DNA of 64,000 nt, taken from a virus. The notes under the pieces were generated by a model. The model worked only from the letters and a program-made list of their open reading frames with translations. It did no database searches and was not told the origin of the DNA. The translations under genes were made by a program, and so were the position numbers. The stretch covers positions 74,623 through 138,622 of the IMG/VR virus record IMGVR_UViG_3300027704_000008; one strand, 5' to 3'. Shown here piece after piece: positions 8,539-19,523 of this stretch (positions within the stretch are counted from its first letter, which is position 1; each line of letters begins with the position of its first letter).

Positions 8539-11031
8539 TTGGATTTTTACACTAGCGTTTCTCGTTACGGCAACAACTTACTATACAGAGGATATAAAGG
8601 AGGTCGGAAGGTATCCAAGCGGATAGCGTTCGAGCCTACTCTGTGGGTCAAGAATACAGAAGGTCGATTTAAAAATAGTGGTTGGACAACACTGGACAAC
8701 GAGCCAGTGTCTCCCATGAAGTTTGACTCAATGCGAGAAGCTGGAGACTTCACTAAGACTTACAAGGATGTTGGAGGCTTCAAGATATATGGTACAACCA
8801 ACTTCGTTGACCAATACATAGCTAATCGTTTCCCAATAGACCTGAAGTTCGATAGGAATCTGATCAACGTGTCCACCATCGATATTGAGGTTTACTCTGA
8901 CGAAGGTTTCCCACACCCCGAGCAGGCAGCTCATCCTGTAACGGCGATCTGTTTACATAACAATGTAGACAATCGATACTATGTGTGGGCTTTTGGAGAA
9001 TATACAGTACACGATGATGATGTTAAGTTTTTCAAGCACGATACGGAGCTTGAAATGCTATTAGACTTCTTACGCTTCTGGAATGTGCCCGAGCATACGC
9101 CAGACGTCATAACAGGGTGGAACAGTAAAATATTTGATATGCCATACCTGATCAATAGAATGGTTAACCTGATGGGTGGCGACACTTTCAAGAGATTCTC
9201 TCCGTGGTTATCGGTTCAGCCTCGCTCGATTAAAATGATGATGAAAGAAGTGCAAGTGTATGAGATAGGCGGTATTGAGCAATTAGACTATCTTGATCTA
9301 TTTAAGAAATTTGGTCTATCGTATGGCCAACAAGAGTCCTATCGACTAGATCATATAGCTCATGTGGTGCTCGGAGAGAATAAACTGTCATATGAAGAAC
9401 AGGGAACTCTTCAAAATCTGTATAAAAATGATCACCAAAAATACATTGACTATAATATCCAGGACGTTAGGTTGGTCCAGCGCTTAGAAGAGAAGATGGG
9501 ACTGATTACATTAGCCATGACCATGGCTTACCGCGGTGGTGTAAACTACTCACAAACATTTGGCACAACAGCTATATGGGATGCCATCATTCATAGACAA
9601 CTACAAGAACGCAACATAGTTGTACCTCCTAGGAAGGAATCCATCAAGGTAAAATATCCTGGAGCATATGTAAAGGATCCACAGATTGGTATGCATAATT
9701 GGGTAGCATCGTTTGACCTAGCTTCCTTGTATCCCAACCTCATTATTCAATACAATATGAGTCCCGAAACACTACACGACGTGTTACCTGGAGTGAATGT
9801 TGATACGTTCTTGAATAATAGAGTAATTCCACCTGAGCTGTATAGAGAGGATTTGACTTTATCGGCTTCTGGGTTACGGTTTACCAACTCTAAGCAGGGA
9901 GTTATTCCAGCAATCGTCGAACAGTATTTTAATGAGCGAAAAGAAATTAAAGGAAGGATGATCAAGTGTAAGCAGGATTATGAAGAAGCGCCTTCTAAAC
10001 GACTTGAGAACGAAATCAACTCTCTTGAGAACCAACAGATGTCTTTGAAGATTCTGATGAACAGTTTATACGGTGCTATGGGTAATGCTTATTTTAGATA
10101 CTTTGATAGTAGAGTAGCGGAAGCTATTACTACATCTGGACAGCTATCTATTCGTTACGCTGAGAAAGCTATCAATAAAGAAATGAATAAGATCCTTCAG
10201 AGCGACAAAGACTATGTCATAGCTATCGACACCGATTCATTATACATTGACTTCAGTGGTTTGGTTAAACACATAAAGCCTCCAGATCCCGTTAAGTTTC
10301 TTGATAAGATCTGCCGCGAGCACTTTGAGGGAATACTCAAGAGCAATTATACTCACCTAGCGAAAGTTACTAGCTCTAGGACTAATCGTATGGAAATGGA
10401 ACGAGAGGTTATAGCAGATAAGGCTATATGGGTCGCTAAAAAGCGATACATTCTTAATGTTCATAATAATGAGGGTGTCCAGTATGACGAGCCTAAGCTA
10501 AAGATTATGGGCATTGAGGCTATTAAGTCATCCACTCCGCAAGTGTGCCGCAGCAAGTTTAAGGAAGTGTTCAAGGTTATAATGAGCGGAAGCGAAAAGG
10601 AAACGCAGACATTTATTGCAGGTTTTAAGGCTGAACATAAACACCTGTCGGCCGAAGAAGTTTCGTTCCCTCGAGGTGTATCAGATGTGTCTAAGTGGTC
10701 GAATCAAGTTACCATATACAGTAAGGGTTGCCCAATCCATGTCAGAGGCGCATTGATATATAATCATGCTATCAAAGAGGCAAAGCTAGATAATCAATAT
10801 GAGATTATTCATAATGGAGAGAAGATCAAGTTTGTTTATTTGAAGACGCCAAATCCAACTAAAGAGAATGTAATATCTTATCCGTTGAATCTCCCGAAAG
10901 AGCTTGACCTATGCAAATTTATAGACTATAATAAGATGTTTGCTAAGACCTTTGGTGATCCATTGGACAACATACTTAATGCTATCGGTTGGACATCTGA
11001 GCCGGTATCGAATCTGGACGCTTTCATGTAA
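8539..11031 (+). CDS. gp43: family B DNA polymerase gp43 (TTG start)
   Basis: DIE exo I, DLASLYP, K...NSLYG, IDTDS, KKRY; no intein or intron evident. Confidence 0.98.
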   Translation: MDFYTSVSRYGNNLLYRGYKGGRKVSKRIAFEPTLWVKNTEGRFKNSGWTTLDNEPVSPMKFDSMREAGDFTKTYKDVGGFKIYGTTNFVDQYIANRFPIDLKFDRNLINVSTIDIEVYSDEGFPHPEQAAHPVTAICLHNNVDNRYYVWAFGEYTVHDDDVKFFKHDTELEMLLDFLRFWNVPEHTPDVITGWNSKIFDMPYLINRMVNLMGGDTFKRFSPWLSVQPRSIKMMMKEVQVYEIGGIEQLDYLDLFKKFGLSYGQQESYRLDHIAHVVLGENKLSYEEQGTLQNLYKNDHQKYIDYNIQDVRLVQRLEEKMGLITLAMTMAYRGGVNYSQTFGTTAIWDAIIHRQLQERNIVVPPRKESIKVKYPGAYVKDPQIGMHNWVASFDLASLYPNLIIQYNMSPETLHDVLPGVNVDTFLNNRVIPPELYREDLTLSASGLRFTNSKQGVIPAIVEQYFNERKEIKGRMIKCKQDYEEAPSKRLENEINSLENQQMSLKILMNSLYGAMGNAYFRYFDSRVAEAITTSGQLSIRYAEKAINKEMNKILQSDKDYVIAIDTDSLYIDFSGLVKHIKPPDPVKFLDKICREHFEGILKSNYTHLAKVTSSRTNRMEMEREVIADKAIWVAKKRYILNVHNNEGVQYDEPKLKIMGIEAIKSSTPQVCRSKFKEVFKVIMSGSEKETQTFIAGFKAEHKHLSAEEVSFPRGVSDVSKWSNQVTIYSKGCPIHVRGALIYNHAIKEAKLDNQYEIIHNGEKIKFVYLKTPNPTKENVISYPLNLPKELDLCKFIDYNKMFAKTFGDPLDNILNAIGWTSEPVSNLDAFM

Positions 11032-11984
11032 TGTATACACTGACTATATTTAAAAACCAATACGACAATCAAACTCATAGACAAATGGAACTTGAGTCAT
11101 GGTCTCAGTTCGAGAAGATGTTATGTGGTCTGTCTCAAGAGCCTGGTCAGAAGGGTGGCAAGAACTCTTCACCTCTAATCAGCCCAGCTGCATATAATAG
11201 AGGTGATACTAGAGGCAATCGTTTTGTTACTAAATGGGGCGGGTGGGCAGCGATCGACGTTGACGAGTTCGTGTTTCATAATCCTTCCGGAGGGATTGCT
11301 ATTGGAGATGATTTACAGAATGCTATTATCGATAAGGTGGGTGACCATTACTTCGTATGTTACAGCACAGCAAGTAGCACAATAGAGCATCCAAAGTTCC
11401 GCCTTGTGTTTCCTCTCCAGTGCGATGTAGATAAAGACGACATCCAACACTTATGGTTTGCTATGAATAGTGAGATAGAGGGGTTAGCTGACAAGCAGAC
11501 TAAAGATTTGGCGAGGATGTTTTATGTGCCCGCGCAATACCCTGATGCTTATAACTTTTTCTTTAACCACATAGCCCCCGTTATTGATCCCGATGAGTTG
11601 ATGCAGAAGTGGCCACACTCTGTTCAAACGGGAAACACTTTCATGGACCGACTGCCCGAATCTGTCCGCGGTCAAATGATTGAGTACCGCAAGGCTCAGA
11701 TGCAGAATACAAACATATCGTGGACAACTTATAGTGACTGTCCGTTCTGGCCTCGCGCCTTAGCTAATCAATATAAGACCATCAGTGGGACTGGATGGTA
11801 TCATGCTATGTACAAGATCATGGTGGCCATATCGTTCAATGCAATAGAACGCAATTACCCTATAACCGCTCGTGAGGTGGCCGAGATGTGTAAACAATTC
11901 GATCAAGACACAGGTAGGTGGTATCAAGATCGTCCCCTCGACTTAGAGGCAGACAGAGCAATAGAGTACGCTTACAAAAACTAA
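11031..11984 (+). CDS. AEP/PrimPol-like primase with helical C-terminal domain
   Basis: AAIDVD motif I, YSTASS..KFRLVFPL motif II region, D..TKD..R.FYVP motif III; coupled to gp43 stop. Confidence 0.65.
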   Translation: MYTLTIFKNQYDNQTHRQMELESWSQFEKMLCGLSQEPGQKGGKNSSPLISPAAYNRGDTRGNRFVTKWGGWAAIDVDEFVFHNPSGGIAIGDDLQNAIIDKVGDHYFVCYSTASSTIEHPKFRLVFPLQCDVDKDDIQHLWFAMNSEIEGLADKQTKDLARMFYVPAQYPDAYNFFFNHIAPVIDPDELMQKWPHSVQTGNTFMDRLPESVRGQMIEYRKAQMQNTNISWTTYSDCPFWPRALANQYKTISGTGWYHAMYKIMVAISFNAIERNYPITAREVAEMCKQFDQDTGRWYQDRPLDLEADRAIEYAYKN

Positions 11985-12005
11985 TCCTAAACATAATGGA
12001 GTATA

Positions 12006-12491
12006 TTGATGGGTGCAAAGGCTAGTATTATGACACTACAAAAAAGAGATAGTTGGGATCTAAGGTATATGGATCTGGCTACACATATAGCCGGCTGGTC
12101 TAAGGACCCTCGCAAGAAGGTCGGCGCTGTTGTCATTGGAGAATATGGACAAATACTGGCGCAAGGATATAATGGCTTCCCTCGAGGAATGTTTGATGAC
12201 CCCAACCTTATGACCCCAGAAACTAAGCTGCTATATACTGTCCATGCCGAAGCCAACTGCATTTTTAATGCCTCCCTGTCAGGAGTATCTCTGGCGGGGG
12301 CTACGATGTATGTTAGTGGATTCCCTCCGTGTTCGTCATGCGCTGGTGGCATTATTCAATCAGGTATAAAGGTGGTATATTGTAATAGTAAAGATAAAAA
12401 GGAAATGGAACAGAACGGGGATTGGGCCGAAAGTCTAAAGGCTACGGAACGGATGTTCCTTAGCACAGGGGTACGATTGAGAACCATATGA
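12006..12491 (+). CDS. cd: dCMP deaminase
   Basis: WSKDP, KVGAV, GYNG, HAE, PC..C. Confidence 0.93.
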   Translation: MMGAKASIMTLQKRDSWDLRYMDLATHIAGWSKDPRKKVGAVVIGEYGQILAQGYNGFPRGMFDDPNLMTPETKLLYTVHAEANCIFNASLSGVSLAGATMYVSGFPPCSSCAGGIIQSGIKVVYCNSKDKKEMEQNGDWAESLKATERMFLSTGVRLRTI

Positions 12492-12493
12492 GG

Positions 12494-12522
12494 TTGACTA
12501 TACTTGTTTTATACTGTATAAT
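12494..12522 (+). promoter_or_regulatory. sigma70 promoter of uvsX
   Basis: TTGACT-17-TATAAT. Confidence 0.8.
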
Positions 12523-12558
12523 AGCAGGTCAAATGATGGACAAACACTGAGACAAAAT

Positions 12559-13611
12559 ATGAGCATAATGGATAAACTAAAACAGAACTCGCGGAGTAAG
12601 CATACCGCTATTCTAAATGAATCGCAACTGTTATCGGGGGACACTACGACGACATCTGTCCCCATGATTAATGTTGCGCTTTCAGGACGGCTAGATGGAG
12701 GATTGATTGGAGGTTTAGGAGTTTTAGCTGGACCATCGAAACACTTCAAGACGTCATTCGCGTTATTAATGGTGGGGGAATATCTCAGATCTAATAAAGA
12801 TGCTGTGGTCTTATTCTACGACAGCGAGTTTGGTTCACCTCAAGCATACTTCGAAACTTTTGGCGTCGATACTTCTCGTGTATTGCATACACCGGTAACC
12901 AACATTGAAGAGCTCAAGTTTGATATATCCAATCAGCTAGAGAATATGGATCGTAAGGATAAAGTTATTATTCTGATCGACTCTATAGGTAATCTGGCAT
13001 CAAAGAAAGAAGTCGAGGATGCTAAGGACGAGAAGAGCGTTGCTGATATGAGCCGCGCTAAGTCTCTCAAGAGCTTATTTCGTATGGTAACTCCCCACCT
13101 ATCAATGAAAGATATACCGCTACTCGCTATCAACCACACCTATAAGGAAATAGGACTATACCCTAAAGATATAGTTGGCGGTGGAACGGGAATATATTAT
13201 AGCGCTGACTGGATTTGGATTATTGGCCGCCGCCAAAATAAGAAAGGTACGGAGGTTACTGGTTATGATTTTATCATTAAAGAAGAAAAATCTAGATTCG
13301 TTAAAGAGCAGTCTAAAATCCCTATTACAGTTTCTTGGGACGGTGGTGTTGAGCGCTTTTCTGGCCTGCTTGATGTTGCTCTTGCTGGCGGGTTTGTTGT
13401 TAAGCCGAGTAATGGTTGGTATCAACGAGTTGATCTGGAAACAGGGGAGCTAATTGATCCCAAACAACGTGAAGCTGATACGTTGAAAGCTCCCTTTTGG
13501 ATAGATCTATTAGCATCCAAGAAGTTCCAGGATTTTGTCACGAGTATGTATTGCATAGGTGAGATGGGAGAAGTTAGCCCCGAATCATTTCTTGAAGGAG
13601 AATTAGAATGA
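12559..13611 (+). CDS. uvsX: RecA-like recombinase UvsX
   Basis: AGPSKHFKT, YDSEFG, DSIGNLAS, GGGTG. Confidence 0.97.
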   Translation: MSIMDKLKQNSRSKHTAILNESQLLSGDTTTTSVPMINVALSGRLDGGLIGGLGVLAGPSKHFKTSFALLMVGEYLRSNKDAVVLFYDSEFGSPQAYFETFGVDTSRVLHTPVTNIEELKFDISNQLENMDRKDKVIILIDSIGNLASKKEVEDAKDEKSVADMSRAKSLKSLFRMVTPHLSMKDIPLLAINHTYKEIGLYPKDIVGGGTGIYYSADWIWIIGRRQNKKGTEVTGYDFIIKEEKSRFVKEQSKIPITVSWDGGVERFSGLLDVALAGGFVVKPSNGWYQRVDLETGELIDPKQREADTLKAPFWIDLLASKKFQDFVTSMYCIGEMGEVSPESFLEGELE

Positions 13612-13925
13612 CCATGGTAGAAAATACAGATTACGCATTAGTGCCAACCGATGAGACTCAAGAGGAGTCTCATTGGAATGTGAGATTTATTACAGGACAG
13701 TTCTCAGAAACAGTAATAACTTATGGTGCAGTATCTATAAGCGAGGACACGGAATCATTAAATTTTAACTTCTCCATAATTTATTCACCAACATCTGACC
13801 TATCCGTTGATGATGTAGACCTACAGTTGGCGGCCGGAGATATGTTGTCATCAATTTTAACGGATGCTGTTAGTGCCAAAGCTCCTGTTTTGAAAGGATC
13901 GCGGAAGTCGGAACAAACAAATTGA
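13608..13925 (+). CDS. gp40/Sp-like head vertex assembly chaperone
   Basis: position between uvsX and gp41 as in T4; acidic ~100 aa. Confidence 0.55.
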   Translation: MTMVENTDYALVPTDETQEESHWNVRFITGQFSETVITYGAVSISEDTESLNFNFSIIYSPTSDLSVDDVDLQLAAGDMLSSILTDAVSAKAPVLKGSRKSEQTN

Positions 13926-15307
13926 ATACGGATGATCAAATGCAGGTAGTAATCCTCCGCAGCATTATTAATAATGATGACTATATGCGCAAGGTTATAC
14001 CGTTTGTGGATCCTTCTTACTTTGAAGGAGTGTATCGACCATTATATCTAACTCTGGTTAAATATGTTGCGAAGTACAACAAGATTCCAACTCAAGAAAC
14101 TTTTGGTATATACCTTCCTGAAGCCGGAACCTTTGTTGGCGACATATCGGAAGGTGTATCCGTGATGCCTTCATTGTTCGAAAACACAATAGTTGACGAT
14201 GATTGGTTACTGGATGCTACAGAGAAGTGGTGTCAGGACAGGGCACTATTCAACGCTATCATGCAATCAATCCAGATCATAGATGGCAAAGATTCTGAGC
14301 TAACTAAAAATGCCCTACCAGATATTTTACAGAAAGCTCTATCCGTAACATTCGATACCAACGTTGGTCACGATTATTTAGAAAACGCTGAACAACGGTA
14401 TGAGTTTTATCACGAGCAGCAAGAGCGGATACCTTTCGACCTTGACATGTTCAACAAAATAACTAAAGGTGGATTGATTCGTAAGACACTCAACATTATC
14501 CTTGCTGGAACGGGTGTCGGTAAATCTCTAGCTATGTGCCATATGGCAGCTGGCCATCTAGCGTCAGGTAATAATGTATTATACATCACGGCGGAGATGG
14601 CCGAGGAGCGGATAGCCGAGAGGATTGATGCTAATATGCTAAATGTTCCAATAGATGAACTGGAGGCGTTATCTAAGAAAATGTTTAAGGACCGGGTGGG
14701 TGATGTTGCCACCCGAACTAACGGCAAGTTGATTATCAAGGAATATCCTACTGGGCAGGCGAACTCTGGACACTTTAGAGCATTGATACAAGAGCTAAAA
14801 CTCAAGAAGAATTTTACCCCAGATGTCATCTATATTGACTACCTAAATATATGTTCGAGTAGTCGCATGAAAGCTATGGGCGGATCTATTAACTCATACA
14901 CTTATATCAAAGCTATCGCTGAGGAGCTTAGAGGATTAGCTGTAGAGTTTAACGTTCCTATTGTGTCGGCCACTCAGACAACTCGTTCGGGATTCACTAA
15001 CAGTGACCCAGGTTTAGATGATACGTCAGAGTCATTCGGACTCCCCGCTACAGCTGATCTGATGTTTGCCTTGGTCGTTAATGATGAGCTCGAACAGATG
15101 GGACGTATTATGGTTAAGCAGCTAAAGAACAGATATGCTGATCCAAATAAATACAAAAGATTCACTGTTGGCGTTGACCGATCGCGCATGAAGCTGTATG
15201 ATGTAGATCAAGATCAAGAAGAATTGGTCGATGACAGCATTCCGGTATTTGACCGCACTGATGCGTCCCGAGGGCAAGAAACAGCACACTTGAGATTCGA
15301 GGAGTAA
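13922..15307 (+). CDS. gp41: replicative DnaB-like helicase gp41 (TTG start)
   Basis: AGTGVGKS, IIKEYPT, IDYL, SATQ, ESFGLPATAD, KNRY. Confidence 0.97.
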   Translation: MNTDDQMQVVILRSIINNDDYMRKVIPFVDPSYFEGVYRPLYLTLVKYVAKYNKIPTQETFGIYLPEAGTFVGDISEGVSVMPSLFENTIVDDDWLLDATEKWCQDRALFNAIMQSIQIIDGKDSELTKNALPDILQKALSVTFDTNVGHDYLENAEQRYEFYHEQQERIPFDLDMFNKITKGGLIRKTLNIILAGTGVGKSLAMCHMAAGHLASGNNVLYITAEMAEERIAERIDANMLNVPIDELEALSKKMFKDRVGDVATRTNGKLIIKEYPTGQANSGHFRALIQELKLKKNFTPDVIYIDYLNICSSSRMKAMGGSINSYTYIKAIAEELRGLAVEFNVPIVSATQTTRSGFTNSDPGLDDTSESFGLPATADLMFALVVNDELEQMGRIMVKQLKNRYADPNKYKRFTVGVDRSRMKLYDVDQDQEELVDDSIPVFDRTDASRGQETAHLRFEE

Positions 15308-15308
15308 T

Positions 15309-15693
15309 ATGGATCCAATACTTCATACATTTGCAACTCTGGCTATCATGTATGTAACATGGAAAGCCGGGTACTGGTACGGTTCATACGTAGAACGAAT
15401 ATATGCATTACAGAGTTTCTTCGATATGTTTAACCGATCTCTGCTGGACCAGGTGGGAGAAGAGAAACGAAAACGAAAAGATGAGGAGGTAGATGATGTC
15501 TAGTGTGAATATTGGCACATACTATAGAAACACCGGAAGCTTATGCGAACTAACTTACATAGGTTCAGGAGTATATAATTTTACATTCATTGATAAAGAT
15601 GATATGGTATACGAGCAATGGAACCTACACGACTTCACCCAACAACGGTGTGAAGATTGGTGTGATGATTGGGCTTTAGAGGAAGAGATATAA
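15309..15693 (+). CDS. two small hypothetical ORFs (15309-15503, 15493-15693)
   Basis: RBS and coupled start/stop codons. Confidence 0.55.
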
Positions 15694-16169
15694 TGAGTAA
15701 GAAGAAATATACATCAACCAAAACATACACGAACATCGCTCCTTGTGCATATCGCCAATGGCGAGCTGAGTCCCACTGTAACGATATACATGGATATGCT
15801 TTTTCGTTCCACTTCGAGTTCGAGTCCGATAGTTTGGATGTGCGCAATTGGGTTATGGATTATGGTGGTTTGCGACCCCTCAAAGAGCAACTAGAAGATT
15901 GGTTCGATCACACTCTTCTGCTGGCAGTCGATGACCCACAATATGATGAAATTAAACGCCTTGGAGATATTGGATTAGCTAAGATTACAGAAGTCGAGGC
16001 CACGGGATGCGAAGCTTTGGCGGCGTTCCTGTATGAGTGGGTGAACACAATATTTATTCCAAACTATGGTGAAGCTGATCGCGTGTGGTGCTCGAGGGTA
16101 GAAGTTAGAGAGACTCCCAGTAACATGGCTTACGTATCTGGTCATAAAGAAGATGGGGAGTTCGAGTGA
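15693..16169 (+). CDS. queD: QueD 6-carboxytetrahydropterin synthase
   Basis: SHC..IHGY, DYG.L, FDH, E.LA, V.ET. Confidence 0.88.
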   Translation: MSKKKYTSTKTYTNIAPCAYRQWRAESHCNDIHGYAFSFHFEFESDSLDVRNWVMDYGGLRPLKEQLEDWFDHTLLLAVDDPQYDEIKRLGDIGLAKITEVEATGCEALAAFLYEWVNTIFIPNYGEADRVWCSRVEVRETPSNMAYVSGHKEDGEFE

Positions 16170-16362
16170 TAGTAGCTATTTTTATATGCTTGCTATTACT
16201 GCCTGCAGGGTGGGTAGCAATAATCGATATACTTCGAAGAGTTGAAATGACAACGCAAGTGGGTCCTAAAATGATGGCTCTATATTGTACAACGTTTGGG
16301 ACCGCGTGGGCGTTATTAATATTGATCGCTATAGAAGTTTTATTAGAAATTAACATATGATG

Positions 16363-16391
16363 TTGACTATATTGGTATATGCCTGTATAAT
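16363..16391 (+). promoter_or_regulatory. sigma70 promoter of the queE-PRTase-folE operon
   Basis: TTGACT-17-TATAAT. Confidence 0.75.
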
Positions 16392-16591
16392 AGCACCATA
16401 TCAAACAATTCAAGCCAGGAGTTCATTATGTTTACAATAAGTGAGGAAGTATTAAATCAGGTGCTGAGTATATTAGTTCAGCTTCCTTATAACCAATCAC
16501 ACGACGCTATCGAAGCACTACAACGAGATGTCAAGAGGATAGAAACCGAAACCCCGCAAAAGGTTGACCCTCAGTAATTTGGATAATTGCA

Positions 16592-17494
16592 ATGATGAAA
16601 ACTTTTAAGTATAGCGAAACATTCTTTTCAGCTCAAGGGGAGGGTCAGTTTACTGGCCGGCCATCTCTGTGGATTAGGTTCTATCTATGCAACTTACAGT
16701 GTGATGGGTTTGGTCAGGACGATCCGACTAACCCCGACAGCTGGGAATTGCCTTATAACGACCTCGACCTCAAGGATATTACGACTGTCGAGGAGTTGCC
16801 TGTATTTTCTAAAGGCTGCGATAGCTCATATACCTGGTCAAAGAAGTACCGGCATCTAATGAAAGATAAGACGGCATCAGACATTGTGGATGAGCTAGAA
16901 GCTCTTCTTCCCCATGGACTGTTTGTCAATCCCGATACCAAGCAAGATGTTCATATGGTATTCACGGGTGGCGAGCCAATGATGAAACATAATCAGGAAG
17001 CTATGTGCGCCATTATCAAGGAGTTTGCCAAGCGCAAGAATCTACCCAGCAACGTGACGGTTGAGACCAATGGAACGCAGAACATTGAAGTGTCGGGTAA
17101 ACTAGCTGTATCGTGTGTTCAAAGAAATCTTAAGAATGGTAGTTGGGGAAAATGGTTCTGGAGTGTGTCACCTAAGTTGTGGAGCACTGCCGGAGAAAAG
17201 GTGGCGCGCGCTATTAAGCCTGGAGTAGTAGCAGGGTATGCGGCCGAGTCAAAATTAGGTCAACTAAAGTATGTTGTGAACGGATCGTCTGCTAGTTGGG
17301 ACGAGGTGAAGGAACACACAGCTTTGTACAGGTTAAATGGAGTTGGATGGGATGTGTGGATAATGGGCGTTGGTGGTACGGTTGAAGGTCTCAAATTAAC
17401 CGAAGCTGATATAGCGGACGAGTCCATTCAACTAGGATATAGTTATACAACACGAGCTCACTGTCACATATATGGGAATGCTATAGGAAAATGA
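16592..17494 (+). CDS. queE: QueE radical-SAM 7-carboxy-7-deazaguanine synthase
   Basis: SETFFS.QGEG, CNL.C...CDS, FTGGEP, VETNGT, SVSPK. Confidence 0.92.
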   Translation: MMKTFKYSETFFSAQGEGQFTGRPSLWIRFYLCNLQCDGFGQDDPTNPDSWELPYNDLDLKDITTVEELPVFSKGCDSSYTWSKKYRHLMKDKTASDIVDELEALLPHGLFVNPDTKQDVHMVFTGGEPMMKHNQEAMCAIIKEFAKRKNLPSNVTVETNGTQNIEVSGKLAVSCVQRNLKNGSWGKWFWSVSPKLWSTAGEKVARAIKPGVVAGYAAESKLGQLKYVVNGSSASWDEVKEHTALYRLNGVGWDVWIMGVGGTVEGLKLTEADIADESIQLGYSYTTRAHCHIYGNAIGK

Positions 17495-17967
17495 TATTCA
17501 CTAAAGATAAAATAACTTTGTCCTGGGATTGCGTTGATTCATTATGCTTAACCTTGACTGATAATCTAGTGACGTGTCCTGATACTGGTCTGCCCAGAGA
17601 CGATGTTCATATTGTTGGAATCGCCCGCGGTGGATTGATTCCAGCAACTATATTGAGCCATCTAACTGGATTCCGCATGACTCCAGTGCACCATAGTAAT
17701 CGGGATGATGACATCTCTGGCGTGTTTCCTAAGGAGCTGGAAGAGATGTTGCTTCATGGCGATACAACCATTGTATTTGTTGATGATATATGTGATACTG
17801 GTAAGACAAATTTAGAAGTGATTGACCTTGTTACTAAGTTTCGACCCTCATTAGAGAGCGTTGAGTTTGTATGTTTGGTTGAGAAGTATCTGTCACATTT
17901 CACTTGCAATGCTGCAGGATTGACGGTATGTGATAATAGATGGGTTGTGTTCCCATGGGAGGTTTAA
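17491..17967 (+). CDS. type I phosphoribosyltransferase (xanthine/guanine PRT-like)
   Basis: GIARGGL, VFVDDICDTGKT PRPP-binding loop, WVVFPWE. Confidence 0.88.
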   Translation: MIFTKDKITLSWDCVDSLCLTLTDNLVTCPDTGLPRDDVHIVGIARGGLIPATILSHLTGFRMTPVHHSNRDDDISGVFPKELEEMLLHGDTTIVFVDDICDTGKTNLEVIDLVTKFRPSLESVEFVCLVEKYLSHFTCNAAGLTVCDNRWVVFPWEV

Positions 17968-18662
17968 TGAAGAAAAAAAATATGACTAAAGTGAGAGAGA
18001 TAACCGAACGTCTTGAGGATCGTGGGGTTAGGTATTGGGCTGGCGATAATATCAGCTCTGTGTTAGAAGATGGAGACATCGACGATCTTATTAGTGAAAC
18101 GGCTATAGCTTTCGAGGATGTCCTCAAGAGCCTGCTGATTGATACAAATAACGATCCCAATAGCATGGACACTGCCAAGCGATTGGCTAAGATGTACTAC
18201 AACGAGATCATGGTGGGGCGTTATACTCCAGCGCCCCGAGTAGCAGCGTTCCCAAATGTAGACAAGAAGACTGCTTATCATGGTATGATTACTGTTCGAG
18301 CAGAGCTCAAGTCTGTCTGTTCACATCACCACCAGCCAGTAACAGGTGTAGCGTATATTGGTCTGATTCCAAAGGCAGAAGTGATTGGCTTGAGCAAGTA
18401 TGCCCGCATTGCTCAACATTGCGCTCGGCGAGGAACATTACAAGAAGAGCTATGTCGCCAGATTGCTGAAGAGATTATGGAGGCAACTGGATCAGAGGAC
18501 GTTGGCGTTTATATTCAAGCAACTCATGGATGTATGGAAAACAGAGGGGTTTGTGCGCACAGCTCATTAACTCAGACCACGGTCCTCCATGGACAGTTTT
18601 ACTCGGCTGCTATTAAGGAGGAGTTCTACAACAACATAAAGTTACAGACCATGGGATCCTAA
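17967..18662 (+). CDS. folE: GTP cyclohydrolase I
   Basis: T..R.AKM, SVCSHH, IGLSK, LQE, HGCM..RG. Confidence 0.95.
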   Translation: MKKKNMTKVREITERLEDRGVRYWAGDNISSVLEDGDIDDLISETAIAFEDVLKSLLIDTNNDPNSMDTAKRLAKMYYNEIMVGRYTPAPRVAAFPNVDKKTAYHGMITVRAELKSVCSHHHQPVTGVAYIGLIPKAEVIGLSKYARIAQHCARRGTLQEELCRQIAEEIMEATGSEDVGVYIQATHGCMENRGVCAHSSLTQTTVLHGQFYSAAIKEEFYNNIKLQTMGS

Positions 18663-18701
18663 TGAATATGTTCACCTTGATATGGCGTACCCCACTCCTA
18701 T

Positions 18702-18725
18702 CCCGCTGATTTTAGCGGGTTTTTT
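18702..18725 (+). terminator. intrinsic terminator after folE
   Basis: CCCGCT-gatttt-AGCGGG + T6. Confidence 0.8.
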
Positions 18726-18968
18726 ATAGCTGTTGACTTCATCTCGTAATAGCTCTATAATGTCTCCATTGAATGAAGAAACAGAGGAGAACCGTATGAT
18801 GATATCTGCTTATGGTGGAATGACAGAGTGGGAGGTGTTTGCCGCGGGGTCACAGTACTTGGAATATGATCCACCCAACTGGGATGGTTTGATAAAATAT
18901 CTACGAGAAGTGGGTTGTACATCAAGTGAAATATTTGAGATATGTACAAAGTTTCGCAATGGCGAGCT

Positions 18969-19523
18969 ATGAAAAAGATTAATTACATACGTGAGCACGA
19001 GCTTGGATTTTTCAATATATATAATCCTGACTACGAATGTTTAGGTATGATGACAGATGGCCTCGCGGTGTTTGTGTATAAGGAGGAGGATAGCTATCAG
19101 CAGTTCGAAGTTATAGATGTCGCCCGCCCGTTTAAAAATGACCTCACTCAAATGCGCAGAGTATTCGAGCTTGAGGTAACACTGTCTGAGTGCAACGCTT
19201 GGATTGTAACGATGTCTCGCATCGATAGGGAATATAGAGGCCACGGACTGGCTCCTCACATATATAGATGGTTGCTGCAGAAGACTGATATGATATTGCA
19301 GGCAGGAGATGAGCAGTCAGCTGGAGGGCGTTCTATATGGCACGGGCTAGCCGGAATGGATGACGTGTTGGTATACGGCAAGACTCATGCTATCGAACTA
19401 ACTCGTTGTGAGCAAGACGATATTGAAAAAGAAATAGTTGCATGTGATGGGACCGATGTATACAATGGTGTAGATTACTTTACAGCTTTTGCGTGTTACA
19501 GTCCTCAGAGGAAGCGAGCATGA
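18969..19523 (+). CDS. GNAT-fold acetyltransferase-like protein
   Basis: I..EYRG.GLA..IY acetyl-CoA motif; QS.GG..IW. Confidence 0.6.
   Translation: MKKINYIREHELGFFNIYNPDYECLGMMTDGLAVFVYKEEDSYQQFEVIDVARPFKNDLTQMRRVFELEVTLSECNAWIVTMSRIDREYRGHGLAPHIYRWLLQKTDMILQAGDEQSAGGRSIWHGLAGMDDVLVYGKTHAIELTRCEQDDIEKEIVACDGTDVYNGVDYFTAFACYSPQRKRA

Noticed and set aside
8539-11031. Intein or intron in gp43 (also checked gp41, uvsX, thyX)
   Set aside because: Lengths are normal and motifs contiguous
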